A stretch of DNA of 64,000 nucleotides. It comes from Anaerolineales bacterium. GTDB taxonomy: Bacteria > Chloroflexota > Anaerolineae > Anaerolineales > RBG-16-64-43. This document shows, in pieces, positions 1 to 9,951 of the stretch. How positions within the stretch are numbered: position 1 is the first letter of the stretch; the number at the start of each line of letters is the position of its first letter. Under the pieces are notes generated by a model. It had not been told where the DNA came from, ran no database searches, and saw only the letters and a program-made list of their open reading frames with translations. A program made the translations under genes and the position numbers. The stretch spans positions 1,010-65,009 of the forward strand of contig DATEAT010000129.1 in the NCBI GenBank assembly GCA_035288225.1, in the 5' to 3' direction.

Positions 1-1
1 C

Positions 2-832
2 CTGCATGGCAAGAGTTTCCTGCCACTTTTCCTTGGGTTCGGCTGTAATGTGCCGGCGGCGCTCGGCACGCGCATCCTCGAAGACCGGCGCTCGCGGGTG
101 TTGACCCTGTTGCTCACACCGCTCGTTCCGTGCACGGCCCGCCTGGGCGTGATCGCCTTTCTGGCGCCGGCCTTCTTTGGCTCGCGGGCAGCGCTTATCT
201 CGTTCCTGTCAGTCGTGCTCAATATCCTTGTTATCGCTATGCTGGGCCTCGTGCTGGGCCGCGTCGTGCCGCGCCAGGCACCGCCCGCCTTCATCATGGA
301 ACTCCCGCTGTACCATCTGCCGACGGCTCGCACGCTGGCACGCTTCGTTTGGCACAACACGCGCTCATTCGTCGAGAAGGCTGGCTCGATCATCCTGCTG
401 GCCTCGGCAGGCGTGTGGGCCCTTTCGCACCTGCCAACGGGAGACCCGGCCTCGAGCGTCCTGGCCTGGGTGGGGCGGGGTCTCGAGCCGCTGGGGTCGC
501 TCATGGGGCTGGGCGATTGGCGCATGCTGACGGCGCTTCTGACGAGTTTTGTCGCCAAGGAGAACACCATCGCCACGCTGGGCGTGCTCTTCGCCGGCCA
601 AGCTCAACACACCCCCTTGCCGGCGCTCGTGGCGGCCCAACTGGCGCCTGCCGCCGGGCTGGCATTCCTTGTGGTGCAACTGCTGTTCATCCCATGCGCG
701 GCGACGCTCAGCACCTTGCGTCAGGAGGCCGGCTGGCGCTGGGCCTCGGTGAGTGTGCTGCTGCAACTCGCGATTTCGATCGGCATGGGCATCGCCGTCT
801 TCCAAGTCGCGAGCCGGGTGGGATATGGCTGA
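2..832 (+). CDS. feoB: Ferrous iron transporter FeoB, C-terminal membrane part (5' end lies outside the window)
   Basis: Frame is open from base 2. The translation LHGKSFLPLFLGFGCNVPAALGTRILE... contains the conserved FeoB LGFGCNVPA motif, followed by several hydrophobic helices. Stop TGA at 830-832. Confidence 0.9.
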   Translation: MHGKSFLPLFLGFGCNVPAALGTRILEDRRSRVLTLLLTPLVPCTARLGVIAFLAPAFFGSRAALISFLSVVLNILVIAMLGLVLGRVVPRQAPPAFIMELPLYHLPTARTLARFVWHNTRSFVEKAGSIILLASAGVWALSHLPTGDPASSVLAWVGRGLEPLGSLMGLGDWRMLTALLTSFVAKENTIATLGVLFAGQAQHTPLPALVAAQLAPAAGLAFLVVQLLFIPCAATLSTLRQEAGWRWASVSVLLQLAISIGMGIAVFQVASRVGYG

Positions 833-1166
833 CCTGTCGGCGCACCCCGGCGCACCGTTCCCATCGCGCGAAGTGGGCCAGGTCGCACGCGCTCTGCTGG
901 CTGTCATCGCCAGCGGGGGTTCGCATACGATGTCGTCCTTGGCTGACCGCTTGCAGGCAAGCCCGGCCCTCGTGGATCTTGCCCTCCAGGTCCTGATCGT
1001 CGGTGGACGGATCGAAGAGGTCGGCTCGCCGGAGGCGTGCGTCCACCCAACGGACGAAGAAACCGAGGTTTGCCAAACGTGCGGGTTGGCCGCCTCGTGC
1101 GTCGGCAAGCTGGCTCCAAGGGTTTCCGGGCAGCGCTGCCTGCGCTTGGCGCCACGCGCCAGCTGA
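825..1166 (+). CDS. FeoC-like small winged-helix protein (tentative)
   Basis: ATG 825 overlaps the feoB stop (ATGGCTGA). 113 aa with an HTH-like part (MSSLADRLQASPALVDLALQVLIVGGRIEEV) and a Cys-rich tail (C..CQTCGLAASC), in the position usual for feoC. Confidence 0.5.
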   Translation: MADLSAHPGAPFPSREVGQVARALLAVIASGGSHTMSSLADRLQASPALVDLALQVLIVGGRIEEVGSPEACVHPTDEETEVCQTCGLAASCVGKLAPRVSGQRCLRLAPRAS

Positions 1167-1218
1167 TCTCCTCCTTGCCTGCGTTTGGGTAATGCCCTTT
1201 GTTGAGTCCAGCATCGCC

Positions 1219-2346
1219 ATGAGCGACCCCGAAATCATCATCGTTGGATCTGGTCCTGCGGGGTGTTCGACAGCCCTGCATCTGGTGGCGCAGCGGCCTG
1301 CCTGGCGCGATCGTATTCTGGTGCTGGAGGCTAAGCATCATCCCCGAGCCAAGTTGTGTGGCGGGGGCCTCACGGTTTTCGGATTGCAGGTTCTACGCGG
1401 GCTCGGGCTTACGCTCGACGTGCCGTATATCCGAGTGAATGAGGCGCTCTTCCGTTGGCAGCGCCGCACGCTCACCGTGCGCGGCCAACCGCTGCTGGAA
1501 GTTGTCGACCGATCGAGCCTTGACGCCTGGCTGGTAGACGAAGTGCGAGCCCGCGGAGTAACTGTGGAGGAGGTTTCGCCGGTACGGGTGGTGGAACCCT
1601 CGTCGAGCGAAGTCACCGTGCGCACCGCTGCCCGCGAATACCACCCAAAGGCGGTGGTTCTGGCGTGCGGCTCTCGTGGGCTTGACTTTGTGGCGTGGGG
1701 CGCGGGAGGGCCCGCCATCGGGCCGCGGCGCGTTGCGCGGGCTGTCGAGTCCTTTACCTCACAGGGCCCACTCGATGAATTCTCCCACTCGCTGTCGGTC
1801 GAGTTCGATTTCTCTCCACTGGCGCAAGGGCGCCACGGCTATTCGTGGCGGTTCCCCATGCCGGGCGGGGTGCAGCCCCTCCACAACCTGGGTCTGTTCG
1901 ATACGAGGCATTACGCTGCCCGCCGCGAGCCCGATCTCAAGACCGGGCTCGAAAGGTACGCCGGGCGCACGGGCGTGGGGAGTCTTGAACCTATCCAGGG
2001 GCATCCCGTGCGCCTGTACTCTCCCTGGGCGAGGCTTTCGGCGCCTCGCCTCCTTCTCGTCGGCGATGCGGCCGGTGTGGATCCATTGTTTGGGGAGGGG
2101 ATCGGCGCCAGTCTGGCTTACGGGCGGGAGGCCGCGCTGGAAATCGATAGTGCGCGCAGCTCGGGGGATTATCGCTTCGCGGGCTTCACTTCGCGTGTGT
2201 GGGCCGGCGACCTCGGAGACTACTTGGGTGTGCGCTGGACGTTCGCGCAATTGATCTACGGCCTGGCCCCGCTGCCAGGTTTCACCCTCATGGCGTGGGC
2301 CATCGCGCGACTTATTGCGCCCAGCTACCATCCTCGGTTGGTGTAA
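1219..2346 (+). CDS. FAD-dependent oxidoreductase, geranylgeranyl reductase family
   Basis: N-terminal dinucleotide fold IIIVGSGPAGCSTALHL, plus KLCGGGL and LLVGDAAGVDPLFGEGI motifs. ATG 1219 chosen as start (alternative ATG 1192; the track ORF begins at 1003). Confidence 0.8.
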   Translation: MSDPEIIIVGSGPAGCSTALHLVAQRPAWRDRILVLEAKHHPRAKLCGGGLTVFGLQVLRGLGLTLDVPYIRVNEALFRWQRRTLTVRGQPLLEVVDRSSLDAWLVDEVRARGVTVEEVSPVRVVEPSSSEVTVRTAAREYHPKAVVLACGSRGLDFVAWGAGGPAIGPRRVARAVESFTSQGPLDEFSHSLSVEFDFSPLAQGRHGYSWRFPMPGGVQPLHNLGLFDTRHYAARREPDLKTGLERYAGRTGVGSLEPIQGHPVRLYSPWARLSAPRLLLVGDAAGVDPLFGEGIGASLAYGREAALEIDSARSSGDYRFAGFTSRVWAGDLGDYLGVRWTFAQLIYGLAPLPGFTLMAWAIARLIAPSYHPRLV

Positions 2347-2349
2347 TCC

Positions 2350-3522
2350 TCAGGGCAGGAAGTCGAGTGGGTTGACCTTGCCGTAGTCCACACTCTGCAT
2401 TTCGAAATGCAGGTGCGGGCCGGTGGAATTGCCCGTCGAGCCGATGTAGCCGATGGCGTTGCCTTGATACACATTGAACCCGCAGCCCACCGCCAGAGCG
2501 CTCAGGTGCGCGTACACCGTCTGCCAGCCATTGCCATGGTCGACCACGATCAGGTTGCCGTACCCCCAATTGGACCAGCCGGCAAAGACCACCACGCCGC
2601 TCGCCGCAGCGTAGATATTATCGCCCGTGCGCCCGTGCAGGTCGATGGCGGGATGGAACGATGAATACTGGTTGCCGGTCACCGCATGGCTATCCGTCGG
2701 CCACACCCACCAATTCTCGCCTTTGACGTCGCTCAGGTATGGCCCCTGGCATGCGCCGTCGCCGCCGTACTGCCACTTGTCCTTGTCGGTCCGGCGCAAG
2801 ATGGGCACCCGCCACTGGACGAAATCGCGCCGCCCTTCGGGGATGACGATCCATGAGCCAGGCGCAAGGCCTGGCGCGGCGGGGTCGACATCCGGTTCGA
2901 GAGCGTTGCCCGGCCAATTGACAATGACGTCCGGCGTCACGCTGAAGAATTTGGCTACGCCGCTCAGGCCGTCGCCTTGCTGCCACTGGTAGTAGGTTCC
3001 ATCCACCGGAAGAATGTTGAGCACCTGGCCTGGGCGCAGCGTGTGCGGGTCATCTTTGAGGATGGAATAGTTGCCCCACAGGATGGTTTCCGGCTTGAGG
3101 TTGAAGCGCGCGGCGATAGCAAAGAGCGAGTCGCCTTGCTGCACGGTGTATTGAGTCACGTCGACCCGCGGGCGCGCGGGCACGTCGGTGTGCAGCTGTA
3201 TCTCTCGATCGATGATGGCGCCACCGGCGCCTGAGTCAAAGGACGGCAGCACGGCCGGCCCGGCAGCCAGCGGTGCGCTCAGGGTGGGTGTCGGCGCGCT
3301 GCTCAAATTGATGCGTGCCGGAAGCCACGACCACAAGTTTGGGCGCGCCATCCAACTGAACAGAATCACCAGCCCCAATACCAGGAAGTGGCTGGCGCTG
3401 CGCAAGATCGGCTCGCGCAGGCCGGTGCGCACCAAATCCTCCCACAGCCTGAACCAGGCTGGGCGCGATTCGCGGGAGGGTTCGTTACCTTCGGATGACG
3501 TGTGGCTCGGTTCGGGAGTCAT
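2350..3522 (-). CDS. LysM-domain M23 family metallopeptidase, membrane anchored
   Basis: One TM helix (FLVLGLVILFSWM). LysM-like segments (YTVQQGDSLFAIAARFNLKPETILWGN; YYQWQQGDGLSGVAKFF). M23 motifs HPAIDL...GSTGNSTGPHLHFEM. Confidence 0.85.
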   Translation of the reverse strand: MTPEPSHTSSEGNEPSRESRPAWFRLWEDLVRTGLREPILRSASHFLVLGLVILFSWMARPNLWSWLPARINLSSAPTPTLSAPLAAGPAVLPSFDSGAGGAIIDREIQLHTDVPARPRVDVTQYTVQQGDSLFAIAARFNLKPETILWGNYSILKDDPHTLRPGQVLNILPVDGTYYQWQQGDGLSGVAKFFSVTPDVIVNWPGNALEPDVDPAAPGLAPGSWIVIPEGRRDFVQWRVPILRRTDKDKWQYGGDGACQGPYLSDVKGENWWVWPTDSHAVTGNQYSSFHPAIDLHGRTGDNIYAAASGVVVFAGWSNWGYGNLIVVDHGNGWQTVYAHLSALAVGCGFNVYQGNAIGYIGSTGNSTGPHLHFEMQSVDYGKVNPLDFLP

Positions 3523-3620
3523 GCTTCACCAATGAAGAACGGGAGGATAACTTCTCGCCTCCCGTTCTGTCAAGCCAGCTCTCACCGCCAATTGCGTTTC
3601 TGCGGTTTGGTGCAGCGCGT

Positions 3621-4667
3621 TTAGTAGTAGAGATGCGGGTTCACGGGAACTCCCCCGTAGCGCATTTCGAAATGGATGTGATACCCAGTGGAATTGCCCG
3701 TATTGCCGGCTAGCCCCAGCGAGTACCCGCCATAGCTGATGGCTTGACCGCAGCCCACATTGATCTGGTCCATGTGAGCGTAGAAGGTCACCCAGCCGTT
3801 GCCGTGGTCGATGATCACCAGGTATCCGTAACCGCGGGTGCTCCAGCCGGCAAACACCACAACGCCGGCGTCAGCCGCATACACGCCCGTGCCGGGCGCC
3901 GCGGCGATGTCGATCCCTGGGTGGCCGTCCCAGTAGTCGTTGCCCGAAATGGTGGTGAAGTGCCCGGGCCACGACCACGCGCCTGAACCCACCGGGCCGT
4001 CATACCCGCCCGCGCATGCCCCTGGGCCAAGGCTGGGGAAGGAGTAGCGCGTCCCGATCATCACCGGTGCGGCCCAATCCTTGAACGGCCGGCTGCCGCC
4101 GGGCACGATGACCCAATCCCCGGTCAACACTCTTGGATCGAGCGGGTTGAGGTTGTTGCCCGGCCAGCTAAGGATTTCCTCGGGCGTGGTGTCGAATTCT
4201 TGCGCGACTCTCTCGATGGTGTCGCCCTCCTGCCACTTGTAGTACAGGCCATTCACGGGCAGGATGTTGAGCACTTGCCCCGGCCGCAGCAACTCCGGGT
4301 CATCCTCGAGCGTGTCGAAGTTCCCCCACAGGATAGTCTCGGGTTTGATCTGGAACTTGGTGGCGATGGAGAATACCGAATCACCGCGCTCCACAGTGTA
4401 AGGGGTAATGCCCTCGGTGGGCCGCTCAGGGCGTACGGTGTGCACGTCAATCGTGCGCCGGATGAGCGTGTCGTTAGCCCGGGCCGAATAGTCCGGTAGC
4501 TTGGCCAACCCGTTGCCACCCGAGGGGGAGGCCGCGGTGACTGGCGGCCCGCCGCTGGCTGCAGCGGTGCGCGCCGGGCCATAAACTCGCCACGCCCACA
4601 CGCCGCCGGCTGCCAGGGCCAGCACGAGAATTCCCAATCCGATCCACAAGATTCGTTTCTGCACCAC
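3621..4667 (-). CDS. LysM-domain M23 family metallopeptidase (paralog of 2350..3522)
   Basis: GTG start at 4667 preceded by GGGAGAG. TM helix ILWIGLGILVLALAAGGVWAW, LysM-like YTVERGDSVFSIATKFQIKPETILWGN, and M23 motifs HPGIDI...GNTGNSTGYHIHFEM. Confidence 0.85.
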   Translation of the reverse strand: MVQKRILWIGLGILVLALAAGGVWAWRVYGPARTAAASGGPPVTAASPSGGNGLAKLPDYSARANDTLIRRTIDVHTVRPERPTEGITPYTVERGDSVFSIATKFQIKPETILWGNFDTLEDDPELLRPGQVLNILPVNGLYYKWQEGDTIERVAQEFDTTPEEILSWPGNNLNPLDPRVLTGDWVIVPGGSRPFKDWAAPVMIGTRYSFPSLGPGACAGGYDGPVGSGAWSWPGHFTTISGNDYWDGHPGIDIAAAPGTGVYAADAGVVVFAGWSTRGYGYLVIIDHGNGWVTFYAHMDQINVGCGQAISYGGYSLGLAGNTGNSTGYHIHFEMRYGGVPVNPHLYY

Positions 4668-4710
4668 TCACTCTCCCGCGCAGGTGATCAACCGATAAGG
4701 GTGGACAATT

Positions 4711-5988
4711 CTAGTTGTCTTTGGTCAAAGTCTCAAGGAACTCGATATTGTTCTCGGTCTGGCTCAGCCGGGTCAGGATGGCCTCGGTGGCCGTCGTGAT
4801 ATCCATGCCCGCGCCGTTCGGCGGCGCCGTCATCATCTGCCCAAACATGCGCCGCATCAACCACACTCGTGGAGTGATATCGGGCCCGAGCAGCAATTCC
4901 TCGCGGCGGGTGGAGGAGCGCTCGATGTCGAAAGCGGGGAAGATGCGCCGCTCTTGCAGCTTGCGCGAGAGGTGCAGCTCCATGTTACCGGTGCCTTTGA
5001 ACTCCTCGTAGACCATGTCGTCCAGGCGCGAGCCGGTATCCACCAGGCAGGTGGCGATAATGGTCAGCGAGCCGCCTTCCTCGATGTTGCGCGCCGCGCC
5101 GAAGAACCGCTTGGGCGGATACAGTGCGGCCGGGTCGAGGCCGCCGGAAAGTGTGCGCCCGGAGGGCACCACGACCAGGTTGTAGGCGCGTGCCAGGCGG
5201 GTGATCGAATCGAGCAGGATGACTACGTCGCGGCCGATTTCTACCAGCCGCTTGGCTCGCTCGAGAGCGATCTCGGCCACGCGCACGTGTGAGGTGACAG
5301 GCTCATCAAAGGTGGACGAGATGACCTCGGCCTCCACCGAACGATCCATATCGGTGACTTCTTCGGGCCGCTCGCCGATGAGCGCCACCATCAAGTGCAC
5401 ATCCGGGTACTTGCGCGAGATGCCGTTGGCGATATGCTTGAGCACGGTCGTCTTGCCGGCCTTGGGCGGTGAGACAATCAGGCCGCGCTGGCCTCGTCCG
5501 ATGGGCGAGACTAAGTTGAGCAGGCGGGTGGCCAGCTCGTGGCGGTCGGTTTCCAGATCAAAGCGCTTCTCGGGGAAGATCGGCACGAGCGATTCAAACG
5601 TCGGGCGCTGTTTGGCCGCTTCCGGGTCGAGGCCGTTGATGGCTTCCACTCGCAGCAGGCCGAAGTACTTCTCGGATTCCTTGGGTGCCCGCACCTGTCC
5701 GATGACCATATCGCCGGTGCGCAAGCTGAAGCGACGAATCTGCGATTGCGAGACGTAGATATCGTTCGGCCCCGGCAGGTAGTGTTCGGCGCGCAAGAAG
5801 CCGATCCCCTCTTCGACGATCTCCAGAATGCCTCCGCGCAGTTCGAGCCCCTGACGCTCGGCATTGGCCTGCAATAAGCGCAGCACCAGATCGTCCTTCT
5901 TCATTCGAGTGAAGGCGGGGATCTCCAGTTCTTTGCCGGTGCGGCGCAGTTCGGCAAGCGTCATCTTTTCCAATTCGGCTATATGCAT
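4711..5988 (-). CDS. rho: Transcription termination factor Rho
   Basis: N-terminal [26 protein letters not shown]-binding domain, Walker [16 protein letters not shown] and a conserved C-terminal ATPase. ATG 5988 preferred over the track start at 6042. Confidence 0.95.
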   Translation of the reverse strand: MHIAELEKMTLAELRRTGKELEIPAFTRMKKDDLVLRLLQANAERQGLELRGGILEIVEEGIGFLRAEHYLPGPNDIYVSQSQIRRFSLRTGDMVIGQVRAPKESEKYFGLLRVEAINGLDPEAAKQRPTFESLVPIFPEKRFDLETDRHELATRLLNLVSPIGRGQRGLIVSPPKAGKTTVLKHIANGISRKYPDVHLMVALIGERPEEVTDMDRSVEAEVISSTFDEPVTSHVRVAEIALERAKRLVEIGRDVVILLDSITRLARAYNLVVVPSGRTLSGGLDPAALYPPKRFFGAARNIEEGGSLTIIATCLVDTGSRLDDMVYEEFKGTGNMELHLSRKLQERRIFPAFDIERSSTRREELLLGPDITPRVWLMRRMFGQMMTAPPNGAGMDITTATEAILTRLSQTENNIEFLETLTKDN

Positions 5989-6235
5989 TGTGGGCTCTCG
6001 CTTATCTCTCGAGGAGGGTGGAATGGCATCGGATGGCCGCATCGCCGGCGGCGCGTTGGGCGGAATTGAGATCGGTGGACCGTCTTAGCCTAAGGGTGTG
6101 CAGACGCTCTCGGGGCGAGTGAACACTGGAAGAGTACGGCGATCTCCCGAACCAGCCGGAGTGTAGGCCGTGTGCGAATAATAGACTGGCGAGCTTTCCG
6201 ATAGATGGGGTGCCACCAGGTCGCTTACGTACAGG

Positions 6236-6308
<73 letters not shown>

Positions 6309-6548
6309 AAGATGGGGTCGGTAAAGCGGGAGCCACCGGGCATATGATCGCGGGCAGATCCCTGGGGGCGCCGGTTGACAATTGGCTGGGGCTCACCGCC
6401 ATGCAGCGGCGAGGGGCGCCTCTCCCCGTACTGGCAGGATTATACCTGGAATCATGAGGCTGTCAATAGGAGCGTGTCAAGCTCTGATGACTCGACGCGT
6501 TCACGGGGCTCTGGTCGTACGAGCCGCGCACGGCGCCGCGTATTTCGC

Positions 6549-7457
6549 TCACTTGGGCGCCCCGGTCGGCTTCTTGGGAGTACGCGTTGGTTGCGAGCCG
6601 TGGCCCTTGTCCTTGGACGACGTGGGACTCTCCTCGCCGCGTGTCGTGTGCTTCGGTTTGTCCGGATGGGGAAGGTTGTTCCCATTGGAGAGCGGGAAGT
6701 CGAACTTGTGCTGCGGCCCGAGGTGCTTGCCCGCTTCGGAGGCGCGCATGCCAGAAGCGGTCAACATCTCAGCCGCGCCTTTCATTTGCGTCGAGGGTGC
6801 CCCGCGTGCGAGCGCCACGGCACCCTCAACCCGAGGCAACAATCCCGCCAGACGCCCGGTCAGTAGGTCCAGCGCACGAGCTTCCTGGACGCCTTCGAGA
6901 AGCTTCACGCTCCGATCGAGTGCGCCGGAGGCCGCCTCAAGAGCAAGACCCGCCTGCGCCCAACGGCCGTGAGAGGCCAATTGCTCCCCCTCGCTGAGCC
7001 GCCGCTCCGTAATCGCCAGGCTGAGGTCGGCGCGCGCGGACGGGCCCGGCGCGAGATCGAGGGCGACTTGCTCGACGGCGGCTTTGGCGGGGAACAGGAT
7101 ATCCCCGGGGAGCGCAGCGGCCGTGGCGTAGGTAACGCCTGCGGTCCCTGCCAATCCCACCACCAACATCGAGACCAGTGGAATGGCCCACAGCGGCCGC
7201 GGCCGCATGGGCAGCCCGCCGGGCCGAGGCCGGGCGGGCTGGGTCGCCTCGATCGCGTGCAATAGGCGCCCGCGCGCGCGGGTCATGAATGCCGCGGGTG
7301 GAGTTGCGCGGCCTGCCTGTCCCATTCGGCGCGCAAGCCTTTCGAGGGCTTCGGATTCACGCAACGCCTCGGTCGGCAGGCCGGGGTCTTCCGTCGGCGC
7401 TCCACTCAGGCGGCGCGCCAGGAGATCCGCGAGGAGCTTCTCGGTCCTATCGTCCAT
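6549..7457 (-). CDS. Anti-sigma factor, single-pass membrane protein with a DUF5667-like extracytoplasmic domain (tentative)
   Basis: ATG 7457 overlaps the stop of the upstream ECF sigma gene by 11 nt. One TM helix (PLWAIPLVSMLVVGLAGTAGV) followed by LPGDILFPAKAAVEQVALDLAP... and a low-complexity basic tail. Confidence 0.6.
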   Translation of the reverse strand: MDDRTEKLLADLLARRLSGAPTEDPGLPTEALRESEALERLARRMGQAGRATPPAAFMTRARGRLLHAIEATQPARPRPGGLPMRPRPLWAIPLVSMLVVGLAGTAGVTYATAAALPGDILFPAKAAVEQVALDLAPGPSARADLSLAITERRLSEGEQLASHGRWAQAGLALEAASGALDRSVKLLEGVQEARALDLLTGRLAGLLPRVEGAVALARGAPSTQMKGAAEMLTASGMRASEAGKHLGPQHKFDFPLSNGNNLPHPDKPKHTTRGEESPTSSKDKGHGSQPTRTPKKPTGAPK

Positions 7458-8007
7458 CGCCTTCTTGCAGCCTCGCGCGGAGCTTGCGCAACGCGCGGAA
7501 TTGAATGACTCGAATCGATTCCTGACTGCGGCCAAGGTGGGCGGCCACCTGCGCGTGGCTCATTTCCATTACGAAGCGCATGGTTAACACGTCACGACCG
7601 ACATCGTCCAGCTGCTCCAGCGCCGCGGCCAAGCGGCGGCGTTCTTCGTTCTCTTCGGCTTTGGCCTGCACGTCGACCTCGCGCGCCGGCATGCTGGAGT
7701 CCAGAGCCACGGTTTGGCGTGCAGTGCGGTAGTGATCGATCACTGCATTGCGCGCAATACGGTAAAGCCAACCCAGGATCGGCGTCGCGCCCGGACGAAA
7801 CCGACGGCGTGCCTCCCAGGCCCTCAGAAACGTGGTTTCCGCAAGATCTTGTGCCAGGGCTTGGTCCCCTACCCGAAAGCGGATGTAACGAAAAATGACC
7901 GGCAGGCAGGCCAGATACAGATCGCCGAACGCCTGCACGTCTCCGGCCAGGGCGCGCCGTAGCGCTGCATCATCAAGTGCGGTGGGTGGGGTATCCAATA
8001 CCTGCAT
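7447..8007 (-). CDS. ECF-type RNA polymerase sigma-70 family factor
   Basis: Region 2 (IFRYIRFRVGDQALAQDLAETTFLRAWE, GWLYRIARNAVIDHYR) and region 4 (LEQLDDVGRDVLTMRFVMEMSHAQVAAHLGRSQESIRVIQFRALRKLR). Confidence 0.9.
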   Translation of the reverse strand: MQVLDTPPTALDDAALRRALAGDVQAFGDLYLACLPVIFRYIRFRVGDQALAQDLAETTFLRAWEARRRFRPGATPILGWLYRIARNAVIDHYRTARQTVALDSSMPAREVDVQAKAEENEERRRLAAALEQLDDVGRDVLTMRFVMEMSHAQVAAHLGRSQESIRVIQFRALRKLRARLQEGDGR

Positions 8008-8193
8008 GGCTCAACGAATTGGAGCGTATGGCGTTACAAATCGCCTTGGCACGCTCCGCGCACTCCCTCTGGAAGAATATGAGCAGGTCCGCTCGCCGTC
8101 AAGTGCCCTGCAAGAATCCCGCAAGTAACGCCGTTCCGGCGGCATCGTTATTGGGGGTGGCACAAGCCACCGATTGCGTGCCCTGGATGGGTC

Positions 8194-8604
8194 ATGACTC
8201 GACGACGATTTCTCCTCATAATGGCCATGATGGGCTTTTTCGCCGCGACCACGGTTGGTTGCCAAACGGCTGGCACGGCCGGTCAGCCGCCAACCAGCTC
8301 GCCGCCTGCCGCGCCAGACTCGGCCTCGGCGATCATCCTGGCTTCGGGCGAACTCTCGGTCCGTCTCCTAACGCCCAGCGACGGGGCCATCTTCGACACG
8401 CCCGACATTGTGGTGGTTGGCGAAACCAGCCCGGGAGTCGTCGTGAGCGTGAACGATGCTGTGGCCATTGCAGATGCGCAAGGGGATTTCGCACTCGCGC
8501 TGCACCTCGAGGAGGGCACCAACCTGCTCGAGTTCGTGGCCAGCAATGAGTTGGGCGATCAGGTTTCTATCACCCTGGCGGTCTCGTACCTGCCGGCTTC
8601 GTGA
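8194..8604 (+). CDS. Lipoprotein, hypothetical (Ig-like beta-rich)
   Basis: Signal peptide plus lipobox MTRRRFLLIMAMMGFFAATTVGC, then Pro/Ser-rich linker and a beta-rich domain. No family recognised. Confidence 0.55.
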   Translation: MTRRRFLLIMAMMGFFAATTVGCQTAGTAGQPPTSSPPAAPDSASAIILASGELSVRLLTPSDGAIFDTPDIVVVGETSPGVVVSVNDAVAIADAQGDFALALHLEEGTNLLEFVASNELGDQVSITLAVSYLPAS

Positions 8605-8650
8605 TCCCTCCGAGCAGCCAGAGACCGGACGTCAGATCTGGAGGTGAGCG

Positions 8651-9451
8651 ATGTATCGCATACGTTACGTGACAACTATTGTCGTCCTGGTGATCGCCGC
8701 GCTGATGGTAACATCGGCCATCGCCGCTCCCTTGCCCATGGCTGATGGTGCGCCCCAGGCGAAACCGACCGAGCGCCCGCATGGCAAGCCGACGCAGGTC
8801 GGTCCGGGAGAAGACACGAGCAAGCAGGATGCGCGGGCCACTCAGCGAGCCGAACGCGAAGCCGAGCGGGAACTCCGTCGAAGCCGAGCCCACTATCGCG
8901 GGACGGTCAGTGCGGTCGACGGGAGCTCGATTTCCCTTGACACAGCCGAAGGGGCCTTTACCTTTGCGATCACCGACAAGACGCGCATCAATATCCCGTC
9001 GGGCAAGGGGGGCGGGGCCGGCGACATCAATGTCGGCAGCCAGGCCGTGGTGCTCGCCCAGCAAGAGCAGGGCGACAGATACACGGCCCTCAGCATTCAC
9101 ATTGTTCCAGGCAAGCCGATCCACATCCACCACGTGGGCACTGTGACGGGCTACACGCCGGGCGTAAGCATCACGATCGAAGGCAACGATGGCGACCTGG
9201 TCACCTTCGTGTTGACAGGCGACTGCAAAATCCTCCCCGAAGAGCGCGCCGAGGAACTGGCCGTCGGCCGGCGTGTGACGATCATCGCTCGCCGCGACCC
9301 CACCGGCGGCCCGCTCACGGCGCAGGGCATCGTCATTCATCCGGAGGTCGAGGCGACGGAGACGGCAGAAACCGAGACACCGACTCCCTCCGACACGCCC
9401 TCTGCTACCTTGGAAGTGACTGAGACCCCGACACCTGCGCCGGCGACCTGA
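8651..9451 (+). CDS. Exported protein with repeated DUF5666-like beta domains and a T/E/P-rich tail (tentative)
   Basis: RBS GGAGGTGAG before ATG 8651. N-terminal TM/signal VTTIVVLVIAALMVTSAIAAP. Two similar segments (GTVSAVDGSSISLDT...; GTVTGYTPGVSITIEG...). C-terminal ATETAETETPTPSDTPSATLEVTETPTPAPAT. Confidence 0.55.
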   Translation: MYRIRYVTTIVVLVIAALMVTSAIAAPLPMADGAPQAKPTERPHGKPTQVGPGEDTSKQDARATQRAEREAERELRRSRAHYRGTVSAVDGSSISLDTAEGAFTFAITDKTRINIPSGKGGGAGDINVGSQAVVLAQQEQGDRYTALSIHIVPGKPIHIHHVGTVTGYTPGVSITIEGNDGDLVTFVLTGDCKILPEERAEELAVGRRVTIIARRDPTGGPLTAQGIVIHPEVEATETAETETPTPSDTPSATLEVTETPTPAPAT

Positions 9452-9951
9452 CCACCCGACAGTGGCTGACCAGATCGTGGAACTCTCGACGAGAGACCCG
9501 TGGCTTCGGGTCTCTCATTCTGTGCCTCCCCGATGCATCCCTTCATCCATTCGGTCGCCCTAAGCGGCATGAGAGTCCCCTGCTAATTCGCGAGCGGACT
9601 TGCATATTGAATTCGAGCAAATCAGATATAATCTCGCCCATTCCTGGGAGGCGGACCTCGTGTGCGCTAGCTGTGGGGGAGCTTTTCAGGAAGGATTCGC
9701 GGCAAGGGACGGGTCGGCGACTGTAGGCAGCGATTATTGGGCTCCACTCATGAGCAAAAGGGGCTCGCCTCGGCCCCGGATCGCAGCCGCTCCTGTCCAA
9801 GTCAACGTGCACGGCCGGTCCCTGTGTCATCCGTCGCAAGCGCATGCCAATTGCGTTCACGGGATAGTGCCGTGCCGCCCACAGGACGCTCCGCGGGCGC
9901 GCGATGGCGCAAGTGCAGTGCATGAGTCTTATCCCTGTGAAGGAGGCGTCC

